A stretch of 64,000 nucleotides of DNA from Eledone cirrhosa (taxonomy: Eukaryota). The stretch covers positions 10,106,001-10,170,000 of the forward strand of contig OZ024762.1 in the NCBI GenBank assembly GCA_964016885.1. Reading direction: 5' to 3'. The notes under the pieces were generated by a model, which saw only the letters and a list, made by a program, of their open reading frames with translations, had not been told where the DNA came from and ran no database searches. A program made the position numbers and the translations under genes. Below, one piece after another: positions 40,118 to 53,612 of this stretch; the stretch's first letter is position 1; each line of letters starts with the position of its first letter.

Positions 40118-40767
40118 GTAACCACACCATGATAGAACTGGGGTCCCTATCATTACAACAACCCCCAAAACCTCCTATGAGATACAGCCTGGTATGGGGT
40201 AAGGTAAACCTACATAGGTGTAGCTGTAACTACAACATGATAGAACTGGGGTCCCTATCATTACAACAACCCCCAAAACCTCCTATGAGATACAGCCTGG
40301 TATGGGGTAAGGTAAACCTACATAGGTGTAGCTGTAACTACACCATGATAGAACTGGGGTCCCTATCATTACAACAACCCCCAAAACCTCCTATGAGATA
40401 CAGCCTGGTATGGGGTAAGGTAAATCTACATAGGTGTAGCTGTAACCACACCATGATAGAACTGGGGTCCCTATCATTACAACAACCCCCAAAACCTCCT
40501 ATGAGATACAGCCTGGTATGGGGTAAGGTAAATCTACATAGGTGTAGCTGTAACCACACCATGATAGAACTGGGGTCCCTATCATTACAACAACCCCCAA
40601 AACCTCCTATGAGATACAGCCTGGTATGGGGTAAGGTAAAACTACATAGGTGTAGCTGTAACTACACCATGGTAGAACTGGGGTCCCTATCATTACAACA
40701 ACCCCCAAAACCTCCTATGAGATACAGCCTGGTATGGGGTAAGGTAAAACTACATAGGTGTAGCTGT
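40118..40767. repeat. 108-bp tandem repeat, 6 homogeneous copies plus degenerate copies back to ~39680
   Basis: Units start at 40129, 40237, 40345...; related dispersed sequence at ~31995-32097 (-). Confidence 0.92.
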
Positions 40768-41069
40768 CAATTTCATTGTATCATAAAACTGCCAAACCTT
40801 GTCGTACAAAAGAAACTCTTTCATAATTTTCCCGTGAGAAATATGAAGAGATATACTGCAGTGAAATGCTGTCTGACGACTGCTTAAATATGCAACAAGA
40901 CAGAATGTGAATACCATGTATCTTAGTAAGAAAGCACAGAATCGTCTGACAACCGCTTTGTGCTAACATTGACGAGGAGTAGGGCGACATATCATCCTCC
41001 CTATCTCTTTCTCTCACAGTGTTGACAAGATGTTCACTGGGCATGTAACAGCTATCTATAGCTACATAC

Positions 41070-41129
<60 letters not shown>

Positions 41130-41154
41130 ATCTATCTATCTATCTATCTCTCTG

Positions 41155-41194
<40 letters not shown>

Positions 41195-41468
41195 GAGAAG
41201 AAAGAATACTGCGTGGTTGCACATGGGTTACATATGATAAAAATAGTCCTTCCTCAGTGATTTTCCAACCTTCATTGGTATTTCATCGCTTTAAAAATCA
41301 TATACCTCCAGTTGGTGCGAGCAATAGCTAAATAAAGTTATTGGGTCAAGTAAATCGCGTAAAGCGAGCGAGACAAGTAAACAAACATAGAAGGATAGCA
41401 ACGCAAAGATAGGAAAAAACACGCAGCATGGGGATCCGGTCAGCTTAAGCTGTGTGGATTTCATGAGC

Positions 41469-41537
<69 letters not shown>

Positions 41538-41558
41538 TATATATCCAGGGATATCTAA

Positions 41559-41650
41559 GGATCTGACGAGCCGCTGATTACAGAGTCGCGTTAGATCGAT
41601 ACAATCGAACCATAAGCTGATCAATATCAATGGGGAAACGCGCGTCACCA
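41559..41650 (+). ncRNA. Degenerate hammerhead motif with long stem II (family G)
   Basis: CTGACGA-gccgctgat...atcaatggg-GAAA-CGCGCG-TC-acc; palindromic stem III; between two (TA)n tracts; stems I and II imperfect. Confidence 0.5.
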
Positions 41651-41708
41651 ACCAATAAACGTAATGGAGTAACCACTCGCCCTTGTCTTATTGTATTATA
41701 TATATATA

Positions 41709-41894
41709 GGGCGGTGGATTGGCAGTATCGGTAGAGGGTCGGACGCCATGCTTTGACGCATAGAGTTACGGCCCTTGCCATTCTGAGTTCAAATCCCGCC
41801 GAGGTTGACTTTGCCTTTCATCCTTACGGGGTCGATAAAATAAAGTACCAGTAATACACTGGGTATTTGCTGGCCTTGTGCCTAACGTAGAAAC

Positions 41895-41899
<5 letters not shown>
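41709..41899 (+). mobile_element. tRNA-derived SINE with MetaSINE-like central domain
   Basis: tggcagtatcggtag A box, gagttcaaatcc B box, gcctttcatccttacggggtcgataaaataaagtaccag core. Relatives at 10268-10500, 14905-15120, 16070-16260, 20352-20525(-), 47813-47923, 56630-56840, 63690-63900(-). Family name from memory. Confidence 0.8.
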
Positions 41900-41944
<45 letters not shown>

Positions 41945-41974
41945 CCACAACCTTAAAATTCATAGCGAAAGACC

Positions 41975-42051
<77 letters not shown>

Positions 42052-42752
42052 GCGTGTGTGTGTGTGTGTGTGTCTGATGGTAGCTATGATGCTTCCATAG
42101 GCGGTATGCCGGTTGAGCACTCTATGTTCTTACAGAGCAGAGTGTGATATAATATAAAACGAAAAATCTGATGCATCTGAACTCAATTTATTGTGTGTTA
42201 CAATTGTTTCGCTGGCAGACAGCTCGAGACGCGATCATTGTGTGGATCTGTCTGATTCTGGATCTGCAGGTTCGTCAAACCTGCAGATCCAGAATCAGAC
42301 AGATCCACACAATGATCGCGTCTCGAGCTGTCTGCCAGCGAAACAATTGTAACACACAATAAATTGAGTTCAGATGCATCAGATTTTTCGTTTTATATTA
42401 TATATATTTTAAGGAACGATCGACTTTCGTCAAATCGGACCGAGGGAACAATGTTTCCGTTGGTCTTTCCAATTGCTAATACTATCTATCGGTCGCAACT
42501 CCAGGTAGAAGGAGCAACGTGAAATAAAATGTCTTGCTCAAGGACATAACGCATCGCCTGGTCCAGGAATCGAACTCACAACCTTACGATTGCGAAACCA
42601 ATTCTCTAACCACTCAGCCACACGCCTTCACTAATTATATATATATATATGTATGTATGTATATATGTATGTGTTTGTGCGTGTATATATATATATAGTA
42701 ATAATAATAAATATGTGAAGACTAAAATCCAAAGAGGGCTCGATAAGGATAA

Positions 42753-42852
<100 letters not shown>

Positions 42853-43015
42853 GTTTATATCCCGTACCAATTAAAAAGATAGCGATAATAATAAGCATCT
42901 GGCTTTGACAGAATGAGACCTGGAGTTCGATCTGATCAACAAAATCGAGGTGGTGCCCCAGTAGGGCCTCAATAAGGAATTGAAGATGTGACATGAGGTC
43001 AGCCAGTGAAATCTG

Positions 43016-43049
<34 letters not shown>

Positions 43050-43222
43050 GCGCGCGTAAGGTCTGCGTTGCAACAGCGCTAGCGATGTTCGGCGCCAGCG
43101 TTTTGTAAAATTTCTACACAATGCTCCGTCTAGCGTGACTTAATATCGCAATGGGCAAGGAAAACCAATTGTTTGTTTCTACGCTTGACTGGCCTTAACG
43201 TGAAAAATATCTATCTATTTAT

Positions 43223-43505
<283 letters not shown>

Positions 43506-44035
43506 CTTATATATATATATATTATAGTATTAAGGATACTATTTATGGTTATGTATATACTAAAACCTTTTATAGTTATATATATTTTAGACCCTAAACA
43601 GTGAAAGACAGTAATTTATTTAATATTTAATATTTCTCTGCACACAAGCTTCTATATCATACATAAAAAATACTTTACCAATACAACCCCCATAATACTC
43701 TTGATTGCCCGCTTAAAGTGCTTGTATTGCATATAACACCTTACCGCACTATAATCTTATATAAATAAGACACACGTGCATGACCCACGTGTAACCATTA
43801 CATACACTAACTACTTCAAACTATCCTCTTGCATTATCTTCATAAACTGCCGATGTTGTATTTTAACTTTAATTTTGTTTTAATTTTGTTTTAATATGAT
43901 TTTAATTTTTGAATGTAAATTGCCATGCTAAAATATTATAATGGATGTCGCCCCACTGTGCATCGATATATACATATGTTTCTGTATGTCTCTTGTGTTG
44001 AAAAGGAGGTCATGTATGTAAACAATCATTGAAAA

Positions 44036-44088
44036 ATTGCTCCGAAGACTCCAAACCTCGGTTTGGACGAAACAATTATAAGCTAATA
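44036..44088 (+). ncRNA. Degenerate hammerhead motif (family H)
   Basis: GCT-CCGAAGA-c TCCAAAC ctcg GTTTGGA c-GAAA-caatta-TA-AGC; U4C core change and C-C at the base of stem II, so probably inactive. Confidence 0.5.
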
Positions 44089-44479
44089 AATGGTTTGAAC
44101 AGATCTTTGATTCATGTAATTTCTATATATATATTATATACATTTATATATACTTCAATGAATCAAAGAAAATATCAAAAGCCCGGATTTCAATAACATC
44201 CTTTATTCTTTAAATTTAACATACGTAATTCTGTGGTCGGGTTACGCCTTTCACCGTGTCATATGATAGTCAGTGACGTCATCAGATGTAATATAAAACA
44301 TTTCATTATCAGCATAAAATTTATTGCGATGTATATTACCTAATCTATACTCTAAGCATGTGGCACGCATATACACGCGCATGTGTGTGTGTATATATAT
44401 AAATATGTATGTATATATATCTATATATATATACATAAATATGTATATAAATATGTATATAAATATGTATGTATGTATG

Positions 44480-44536
<57 letters not shown>

Positions 44537-45193
44537 TATATATATATATAATATATATATAATATATATATAATATATATATAATATATATATAATATAT
44601 ATATATTATATATATATATATCATATATATATATATAATATATATTATAATATAATATATATATATATATATAATATATTATACATATATTATATATATA
44701 TAATATATATATATAATATATATATATATATTATATATATATATATAATATATATATATAATATATATATTATATATATATATAATATATTATATATATA
44801 TACATATATATAGCGACCTGTGCAACGTGCACAGAAAATTTGGTCAAATTCGGTTGGTAATTCTAAAAGCCTTAGGTATCCAAAGTTGTACACAGACAGT
44901 TGTACACATCCTCGCTTTTATATATATATAAAGATATATATATAATATAATATATATATTTCGTTTCTGAATTTGTTTAGCAAGATTCTTTATCTGAAAT
45001 CGTGTGTTGAAACCGATATTGTTATACTTTGGGAGGGCCATGTTGCCAATAAGAAACACACGCACCAGTTGCTTTCACTTCAATTTATTATATATTTATA
45101 AATTTACAAATTTATAAATTTCTGGTTGGTTGGTTGGTTGGTTCCACAACCAGATAGTTGTTTATATACACAGAAACAAAGAAAGGAATCCCC

Positions 45194-45238
45194 AGTCACT
45201 GAAGAGGTCACAGAGTGTGTGACGAAAGAACTATGACT
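45194..45238 (+). ncRNA. Hammerhead motif family A in the loop of the 45016-45388 inverted repeat
   Basis: AGTCA-CTGAAGA-gGTCACagagtgtGTGAC-GAAA-gaac-TA-TGACT. Confidence 0.7.
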
Positions 45239-45597
45239 ATATATAAACAACTATCTGGTTGTGGAACCAACCAACCAACCAGAAATTTATAAATTTGTAA
45301 ATTTATAAATATATAATAAATTGAAGTGAAAGCAACTGGCGCGTGTGTTTCTTATTGGCAACATGACCCTCCCAAAGTATAACAATATATATATTTATAT
45401 ATATATATAATATATATATTTATATATATATATACATATATATAGTAATAATAATAAATTTGAAGACAAATAAATATACATATATATATACATATATATA
45501 TATATAATATATTATATATATATATAATATACACACATATATATATATACACATATATATATAATATAATATATAATATATATATATATATAATATA

Positions 45598-45638
<41 letters not shown>

Positions 45639-45711
45639 AGACTAAAATCCAAAGAAGATGATCCTGTTAAGGGTGAAAGCAGCGATTATTTGCTTAAACT
45701 TTAATCTGTTA

Positions 45712-45743
<32 letters not shown>

Positions 45744-45926
45744 ACGAAGGAAATGTGGTAAGGAACCAGGTGGACCATAACGCACCAAAGTACTCAATAC
45801 TTAGGGTAGTAGGGTGGGTAATAGGAACAAGTAAGACCCCGACGGCTGAGCTCAAGCCGTTTCGACGGGTAATTCTGAATTAGCCGTCGAAACGGCTTGA
45901 GCTCAGCCGTCGGGGTCTTACTTGTT

Positions 45927-45997
<71 letters not shown>

Positions 45998-46156
45998 TTC
46001 GTTTTTTAATTTGTATTGCAAGATTTCTTACCTTGAAACAGATATTGTTATACTTTGGGCGGGTCATGTCAATAAAAACACACGCACCTATTACTTTTCA
46101 CTTCAATTTATTATACATTTCCGGTTGGTTGTTTGGTTGGTTGGTTGCTATATATG

Positions 46157-46257
<101 letters not shown>

Positions 46258-46277
46258 ACACATATTTATAAACTCAG

Positions 46278-46334
<57 letters not shown>

Positions 46335-46592
46335 ACACATATTTATAAACTCAAAATAGTGCGCCCGTACATGGAAATATTCGGTGTCTGAGCACACAGT
46401 TGGCGCACCGGGAGTGGGAGACGTCTAGTGCTTGTCAGGACCTCATTCTAGGAGAAGGAAAACTCTGATATGAAAACCGCGACTCTACGGCAGCCAATAA
46501 CGTTGTCCTGTTCTACTTTTTGGAAACCTATCACTATTGTTTACAAACTAGGATTGGTGCAATGTAAGGACTATCTCTAAGTGCGTCTGAGA

Positions 46593-46623
<31 letters not shown>

Positions 46624-46665
46624 GGGGAGAGAGAGAGATAGTGTGTGTGTGTGTGTGTATATCTA

Positions 46666-46700
<35 letters not shown>

Positions 46701-46872
46701 CAACAAGCCGGATGTTTCACAAGGCTACACCTGCTAAGATGTCATAGGTGCAGAATCCGGCCTCATCTAGTTTAGAAACTGACCAAGTCTGGATTCCCCC
46801 TCTGTAATAATCTTCGAATATGCTGAACTTCCATTTGTATCTATCTATCTATATATATACCATATATGTGTG

Positions 46873-46924
<52 letters not shown>

Positions 46925-47269
46925 TGTGTGTGTATTAATAAAGTAAAAACGACAACAATAACAAAAAAACACGTCAACACATGCAATATAAATAAGGAAC
47001 ATCTCGTCATTGGTTGACACCCACTCGTGACGACTTTACAGAGTGTACTGGGTGCTTTTTGTATATATATAGTACACTCTGTAAAGTGGTCACGAGTGGG
47101 TGTCTCGACAAAAGGCATCCAGTAAAACCAATGACGAGATATTCCTTATTTATATTGCATGTGTTGACGTGTTTTTTTGTTATTGTGTGTGTGTGTGTGT
47201 ATGTATGTGTATATATATATATGTGTGTGTGTGTGTGTATATATATATATGTATATATATGTATATATG

Positions 47270-47345
<76 letters not shown>

Positions 47346-47438
47346 GCAAAGTTTTATTTAAATTGTTGGGTTAACAACGAGTAAATATTTATAACTGATA
47401 TAAAAGCACTCAACAAGTATTTGGAGTATATTTACGTA

Positions 47439-47469
<31 letters not shown>

Positions 47470-48044
47470 CATATATATATACACACACACACACATATAT
47501 ATATATATACACATACATACACACACACATACACACACATACACACACACACATATATATATAGTGTGGGCTGGATGCTTCACTAGGAGTGAAGGACCCC
47601 TAGCCTTTCTCAGGGCATTTTTCTAGGAGAAGGCAACTCAGAAAACTAGAATAACTCCGATATAACCCCTGCAGCTCAAGAGTTACCGATGATGTTGATC
47701 TTTTCTTCTTTTCGGGTTATAGCTACTGTCGCTCAGGGAGTGGGATTGGCTCAGTGCACAGTCTTTCCTCACTTTAAAAAATATCTTCACGCACAGGCAT
47801 TGCACGATAGCATCAAATCCCGCCGAGGTTGACTTTGCCTTTCATCCTTACGGGGTCGATAAAATAAAGTACCAGTAATGCACTGGGTAATTGCTGGCCT
47901 TGTGCCTAAAGTAGAAACAATTAATTGATAATAATGGTATATTGTGCAACGGCCATACTCGATAACGAGGGGGCAGCTATCATATATATATATATATAAA
48001 ATAAAATAAATAGATCAAATGTTTAAAATTTGGCTTTGTTTATT

Positions 48045-48099
48045 ACTGCTATATATATTTCGGTGACAGCCATCTTTGGCTGTGAGCTCTTCAGGCAGT
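48045..48099 (-). ncRNA. Hammerhead motif family D, fourth copy
   Basis: Same as 36352-36406 with one stem-II substitution; element ~47999-48212 lies between (TA)n tracts. Confidence 0.72.
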
Positions 48100-48209
48100 C
48101 CGAATTAGTGTGGTATAGACAAGTACACATGTTGTTGAGGGGTTTAACTTTGTCAATACTCTGATATGCCCAGTTCCTGGTTGAGTTGTTATTTCACTGA
48201 GGAACTGGA

Positions 48210-48260
<51 letters not shown>

Positions 48261-48277
48261 ATTAATCTGTTATTTTA

Positions 48278-48352
<75 letters not shown>

Positions 48353-48584
48353 CATCCAGCCCACACAGTAAAGTGGTCGTGTTGTTGTGACGACAAAAAG
48401 CACCAGTACACTCAGTAAAGTGGTCACGAGTGGGTGTCTCGACAAAAAGCATCCAGTACACTCTGTAAAGTGATGACGAGTGGGTGTCTCGACAAAATGC
48501 ATCCAGTACAACCAATGACGGGATGTTCCTTATTTATATTGCATGTGTTGACGTGTTTTTTTGTTGTTGTCGTTTTTACTATAT

Positions 48585-48627
<43 letters not shown>

Positions 48628-48681
48628 CATGTGTTGACGTGTTTTTTTGTTGTCGTTTTTACTATATTAATACACACACAC

Positions 48682-48730
<49 letters not shown>

Positions 48731-48739
48731 CACACACAC

Positions 48740-48829
<90 letters not shown>

Positions 48830-49175
48830 TTATATATATATATACACACATATATATATATATATATAATTCTACGTATCCTTGTATATACATGTCGCTT
48901 TTGTACATGGATCTCCGTCAGTTACAACGACGAGTGTTTCAGTTTGTACTTCACACACTCTCTCCCACTGAATCTCCCTGAGGACTACATTATAGGAGCC
49001 CCTCCACTGTGGAATACTCAGCCATTTGAAATGTTTATTTCACTGTTATTGGAAAAGTTGAAACACACCTTGTCAGACCCGACGATCATGACACACATAT
49101 GTGTGTGTGTTTGTATGTGAGTGTATGTGAGTGTAAGTGTGTATGTATGTGTATGTATGTAAGTATGTATGTATG

Positions 49176-49780
49176 TCAGGCCACCAGTTGGTGCTACTGG
49201 TAACATGTATCCCAGTATAACCTGTCTCATGGTCGGGTCGTTGGCGACTAAACTGGCAACCCCACCAAGGTTTCTTGGTGAGGAGGGTGACTTTGGACAT
49301 CCTGCAGGACTAAAAACAAAACCTGTCAAAGGGCAAAGGAGCTCTTAAGAGTCAATGGCCATCCAAAATCACCGGGAGAGATGACCCCTTAGCCTTTGTC
49401 AAGGTAGAATTCTAGGAGAAGGAAAACTCTGATATAACACCTGCAACCCTGATGGTATCCAATGTTGTTGACTTGTTCTTCTTTTTGGTAAATATCATCT
49501 TGGTTGAGAGTGGGACTGGCTTTGTGCAGTGCCTTTGCTCACTATAAAAGCTTCACGGCACAGGCATTGCTTTATATCTGGAGATCTCTCTGCACTTGTC
49601 GTCACATGGTACCATGGGCCCAGCACTATGTGTCAATAATTGTCACAAGTGTAGTGTTTGCACCAGAGTTTTCAAGTCGCTGGCTGGTCTAAAAAGTCTC
49701 ACTTGTTCAGCGCATCGGTAGGGGTTCTCCTACATGGATATAAAGTAGTGGCCGTACTCGAAAACGAGTTGGCAGCCACC
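49176..49780 (+). mobile_element. Family R non-coding retroelement, apparently full length, within (TATG)n
   Basis: Starts tcaggccacc, ends ggcagccacc(ATGT)n; contains ctaggagaaggaaaactctga, a motif I associate with RTE 5' UTRs; diverged relatives at 30620-30863(-), 46400-46580, 47585-47800. Confidence 0.75.
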
Positions 49781-50320
49781 ATGTATGTATGTATGTGAAG
49801 GTCATGGCTTAGTGGTTAGAGTATTAGGCTTACAATCGTGAGGTTGTGAGTTCGATTCTCGGACCTGGTGATGCGTTATGTACTTGAGCAAGACACTTTC
49901 TTTCACTTTTCTCCAGTTTACTCAGTTGTAGAAATGAGTTATGACGTCACTGGCGCGAAACGAAACTGTATCGGCCATTGCCTTTTCCTTGGATAACATC
50001 ATATATAGTGTATATACACTGTACATAGTGTATATATACTGTACATAGTGTATATATGATGTATATATAGTGTATATTAATGTTACAACGTCACTGGTGC
50101 CAAGCTGTATCGGCCTTGGACGAGATCGGTGGTAGAGATGGGGGACTGGTAAGTATGGCTGACCGCTGGTATTCCCCAAAAAACCTTGCCTGGATTTGCG
50201 CCTCAGAGGGGAACTTTCTAGGTACAAATCCCATGGCCCTTTGTGACCAAAGGGAGTCTTTACCTTACTATGTATGTATGGGCTTTGGTGGAAGCAAATC
50301 CGTGCTTAGAAGAGAATTAA

Positions 50321-51430
50321 CGTATTTCCCGACGTCGAAGACGCTACTTTTTTCCTAAAATAAATCTCAAAAATCTACCATGCGTCCTGGAGGCCGAAGG
50401 TTGTTTATTATTTTTGGCAGTAAAGGGCGGTGAATTGGCAGTATCGGTAGAGGGTCGGACGCCATGCTTTGACGTATAGAGTTACGGCCCTTGCCATTCT
50501 GAGTTCAAATCCCGCCAAGGTTAACTTTGCCTTTCATCCTTACGGGGTCGATAAAATAAAGTACCAGTAATTCACTGGGTAATTGCTGGCCTTGTGCCTA
50601 ACGTAGACACAATTATTTTTGGCAGTATCGGTAGAGGGTTGGATGCCATGCTTTCTAGCATAGTTACGTCCCTTTACGGTCTGAGTTCAAATCCCGTCGA
50701 GGTTAACTTTGCCTTTCATCCTTACGGGGTCGATAAAATAAAGTACCAGTAATTCACTGGGTAATTGCTGGCCTTGTGCCTAACGTAGAAACAATTATTT
50801 TTGGCAGTATCGGTAGAGTGTTGGATGCCATGCTTTCTAGCATAGTTACGTCCCTTTACGGTCTGAGTTCAAATCCCGTCGAGGTTAACTTTGCCTTTCA
50901 TCCTTACGGGGTCGATAAAATAAAGTACCAGTAATTCACTGGGTAATTGCTGGCCTTGTGCCTAACGTAGAAACAATTATTTTTGGCAGTATCGGTAGAG
51001 GGTTGGATGCCATGCTTTCTAGCATAGTTACGTCCCTTTACGGTCTGAGTTCAAATCCCGTCGAGGTTAACTTTGCCTTTCATCCTTACGGGGTCGATAA
51101 AATAAAGTACCAGTAATTCACTGGGTAATTGCTGGCCTTGTGCCTAACGTAGAAACAATTATTTTTGGCAGTATCGGTAGAGGGTTGGATGCCATGCTTT
51201 CTAGCATAGTTACGTCCCTTTACGGTCTGAGTTCAAATCCCGTCGAGGTTAACTTTGCCTTTCATCCTTACGGGGTCGATAAAATAAAGTACCAGTAATG
51301 TACTGGGTAATTGCTGGCCTTGTGCCAAAAGTAGAAACAATTATTATTTTTTTTTTTTTTTCAAATTTTTGCTTGTCAAAATCAGGGTGCGTCATCGAGG
51401 ACGAAACGTCTTCGGTGCACGGAAATACGG
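50321..51430. mobile_element. pogo/Tigger-like MITE interrupted by a SINE array
   Basis: Imperfect TIRs cgtatttcccgacgtcgaagacg / cgtcttcggtgcacggaaatacg. Confidence 0.5.
50426..51345 (+). repeat. Head-to-tail array of 5 MetaSINE-like copies (182-bp period)
   Basis: ggcagtatcggtagag at 50437, 50621, 50803, 50985, 51167. Confidence 0.9.
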
Positions 51431-51434
51431 CAGA

Positions 51435-51760
51435 TATAAACGTTGGAACAATTTCTAGACATTTGAACCAAATTGGAAAATCGAAGTAGTCTGAAAATTA
51501 GGTACCACAGATAATCGAACGAAAATCCAATAAATAAATAAATAAATTAATTAAATTGCTTCGTTTAAGTAACAGAATACCGATTACTTCTTGACAGTAT
51601 TGTGACGTGTGATGTAAAGTAGATCCTGTACAGCAACGGCTGACGCTGTGCAGTGGTTGGACCAATATAAAGCTCGTAAACATTTCCTAATGCCGAGGTT
51701 GCACCGAAAGAAGGTTATGCTGACGTGGACTGTTTGGTGGTCCACGGGAGGATCCTGGTG
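51435..51760 (+). pseudogene. mariner transposase remnant
   Basis: VGTISRHLNQIGKSK..(W>stop)VP and downstream QWL...LHRKKVML-like segments across frameshifts. Confidence 0.6.
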
Positions 51761-52042
51761 AAACAATCACAACACTTGATGACAGGTGTGGCAAGGTTAA
51801 CTCTTGAGGAAAGAATCGCTGGACAGATTTTATGGGCAAAACCAGCAGGCAGGAGAGCCAGGGGTAGACCCCGAGTAAGATGGTTGGATAACATCAATGA
51901 ACTTCGCTGGTCACGCTTGGGGTTCCTCCGACGGGTCTTTAGAGTAACGTTACTCGATAAAGTGCGTAGCTTGGAGATCAGAGAGTCACTCTAGGAAGAG
52001 CTGCTACTTCGTCGAATTGAGAGATTACAGCTTCGATACTAC

Positions 52043-52951
52043 AGACATGTGGTTAGAATGTCTCAGGAAAGAAGCTCTGGTACTATAGACATGTGGTTAG
52101 AATGTCTCAGGAAAGAAGCTCTGGTACTATAGACATGTGGTTAGAATGTCTCAGGAAAGAAGCTCTGGTACTATAGACATGTGGTTAGAATGTCTCAGGA
52201 AAGAAGCTCTGGTACTACAGACATGTGGTTAGAATGTCTCAGGAAAGAAGCTCTGGTACTATAGACATGTGGTTAGAATGTCTCAGGAAAGAAGCTCTGG
52301 TACTATAGACATGTGGTTAGAATGTCTCAGGAAAGAAGCTCTGGTACTATAGACATGTGGTTAGAATGTCTCAGGAAAGAAGCTCTGGTACTACAGACAT
52401 GTGGTTAGAATGTCTCAGGAAAGAAGCTCTGGTACTATAGACATGTGGTTAGAATGTCTCAGGAAAGAAGCTCTGGTACTATAGTCATGTGGTTAGAATG
52501 TCTCAGGAAAGAAGCTCTGGTACTATAGACATGTGGTTAGAATGTCTCAGGAAAGAAGCTCTGGTACTATAGACATGTGGTTAGAATGTCTCAGGAAAGA
52601 AGCTCTGGTACTATAGACATGTGGTTAGAATGTCTCAGGAAAGAAGCTCTGGTACTATAGACATGTGTTAGAATGTCTCAGGAAAGAAGCTCTGGTACTA
52701 TAGACATGTGGTTAGAATGTCTCAGGAAAGAAGCTCTGGTACTATAGACATGTGTTAGAATGTCTCAGGAAAGAAGCTCTGGTACTATAGACATGTGGTT
52801 AGAATGTCTCAGGAAAGAAGCTCTGGTACTATAGACATGTGGTTAGAATGTCTCAGGAAAGAAGCTCTGGTACTATAGACATGTGGTTAGAATGTCTCAG
52901 GAAAGAAGCTCTGGTACTATAGACATGTGGTTAGAATGTCTCAGGAAAGAA
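52043..52951 (+). repeat. 44-bp minisatellite (~20 copies) amplified from RTE coding sequence
   Basis: acatgtggttagaatgtctcaggaaagaagctctggtactatag; same unit on minus at 16733-17035. Confidence 0.93.
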
Positions 52952-53137
52952 TCGCTGGACAGATTTTACGGGCATGATCAACCGACAGGAGACCCAGGGG
53001 TAGACCCTGAGTAAGCTTGGCTGGTCTCGCTTGGGAGATCCAGCCAGATCAGTTGGAGATGGCTGCTTCTGACAAGACCTGATGGAAGGAGTGTTTGGGG
53101 GACTCTGCCCACACGACCCTCTCAGGAATAAGTGGGC

Positions 53138-53612
53138 GAAGAAGAAGAAGAAGAAGACGAAGAAGAAGAAGAAGAAGAAGAAGAAGAAGAAGACGAAGAA
53201 GAAGAAGAAGAAGAAGAAGAAGAAGAAGAAGAAGAAGAAGACGAAGAAGAAGACGAAGAAGAAGACGAAGAAGAAGACGAAGAAGAAGACGAAGAAGAAG
53301 ACGAAGAAGAAGAAGAAGAAGAAGAAGAAGAAGAAGACGAAGAAGAAGACGAAGAAGAAGACGAAGAAGAAGACGAAGAAGAAGACGAAGAAGAAGAAGA
53401 AGAAGAAGAAGAAGAAGAAGACGAAGAAGAAGACGAAGAAGAAGAAGAAGACGAAGAAGAAGAAGAAGAAGAAGAAGAAGACGAAGACGAAGAAGAAGAA
53501 GAAGAAGAAGAAGAAGAAGAAGAAGAAGAAGAAGAAGAAGAAGACGAAGAAGAAGACGAAGAAGAAGAAGAAGAAGAAGAAGAAGAAGAAGAAGAAGAAG
53601 AAGAAGAAGACG
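53138..53612 (+). repeat. ~470-bp (GAA)n/(GAC) expansion of an RTE 3' tail
   Basis: Begins exactly at the LINE 3' end. Confidence 0.92.

Noticed and set aside
40129-40887. 252-aa ORF with a 36-aa repeat
   Set aside because: It arises from a 108-bp (multiple of 3) tandem repeat whose unit shares sequence with a SINE-associated segment; degenerate upstream copies are not open.
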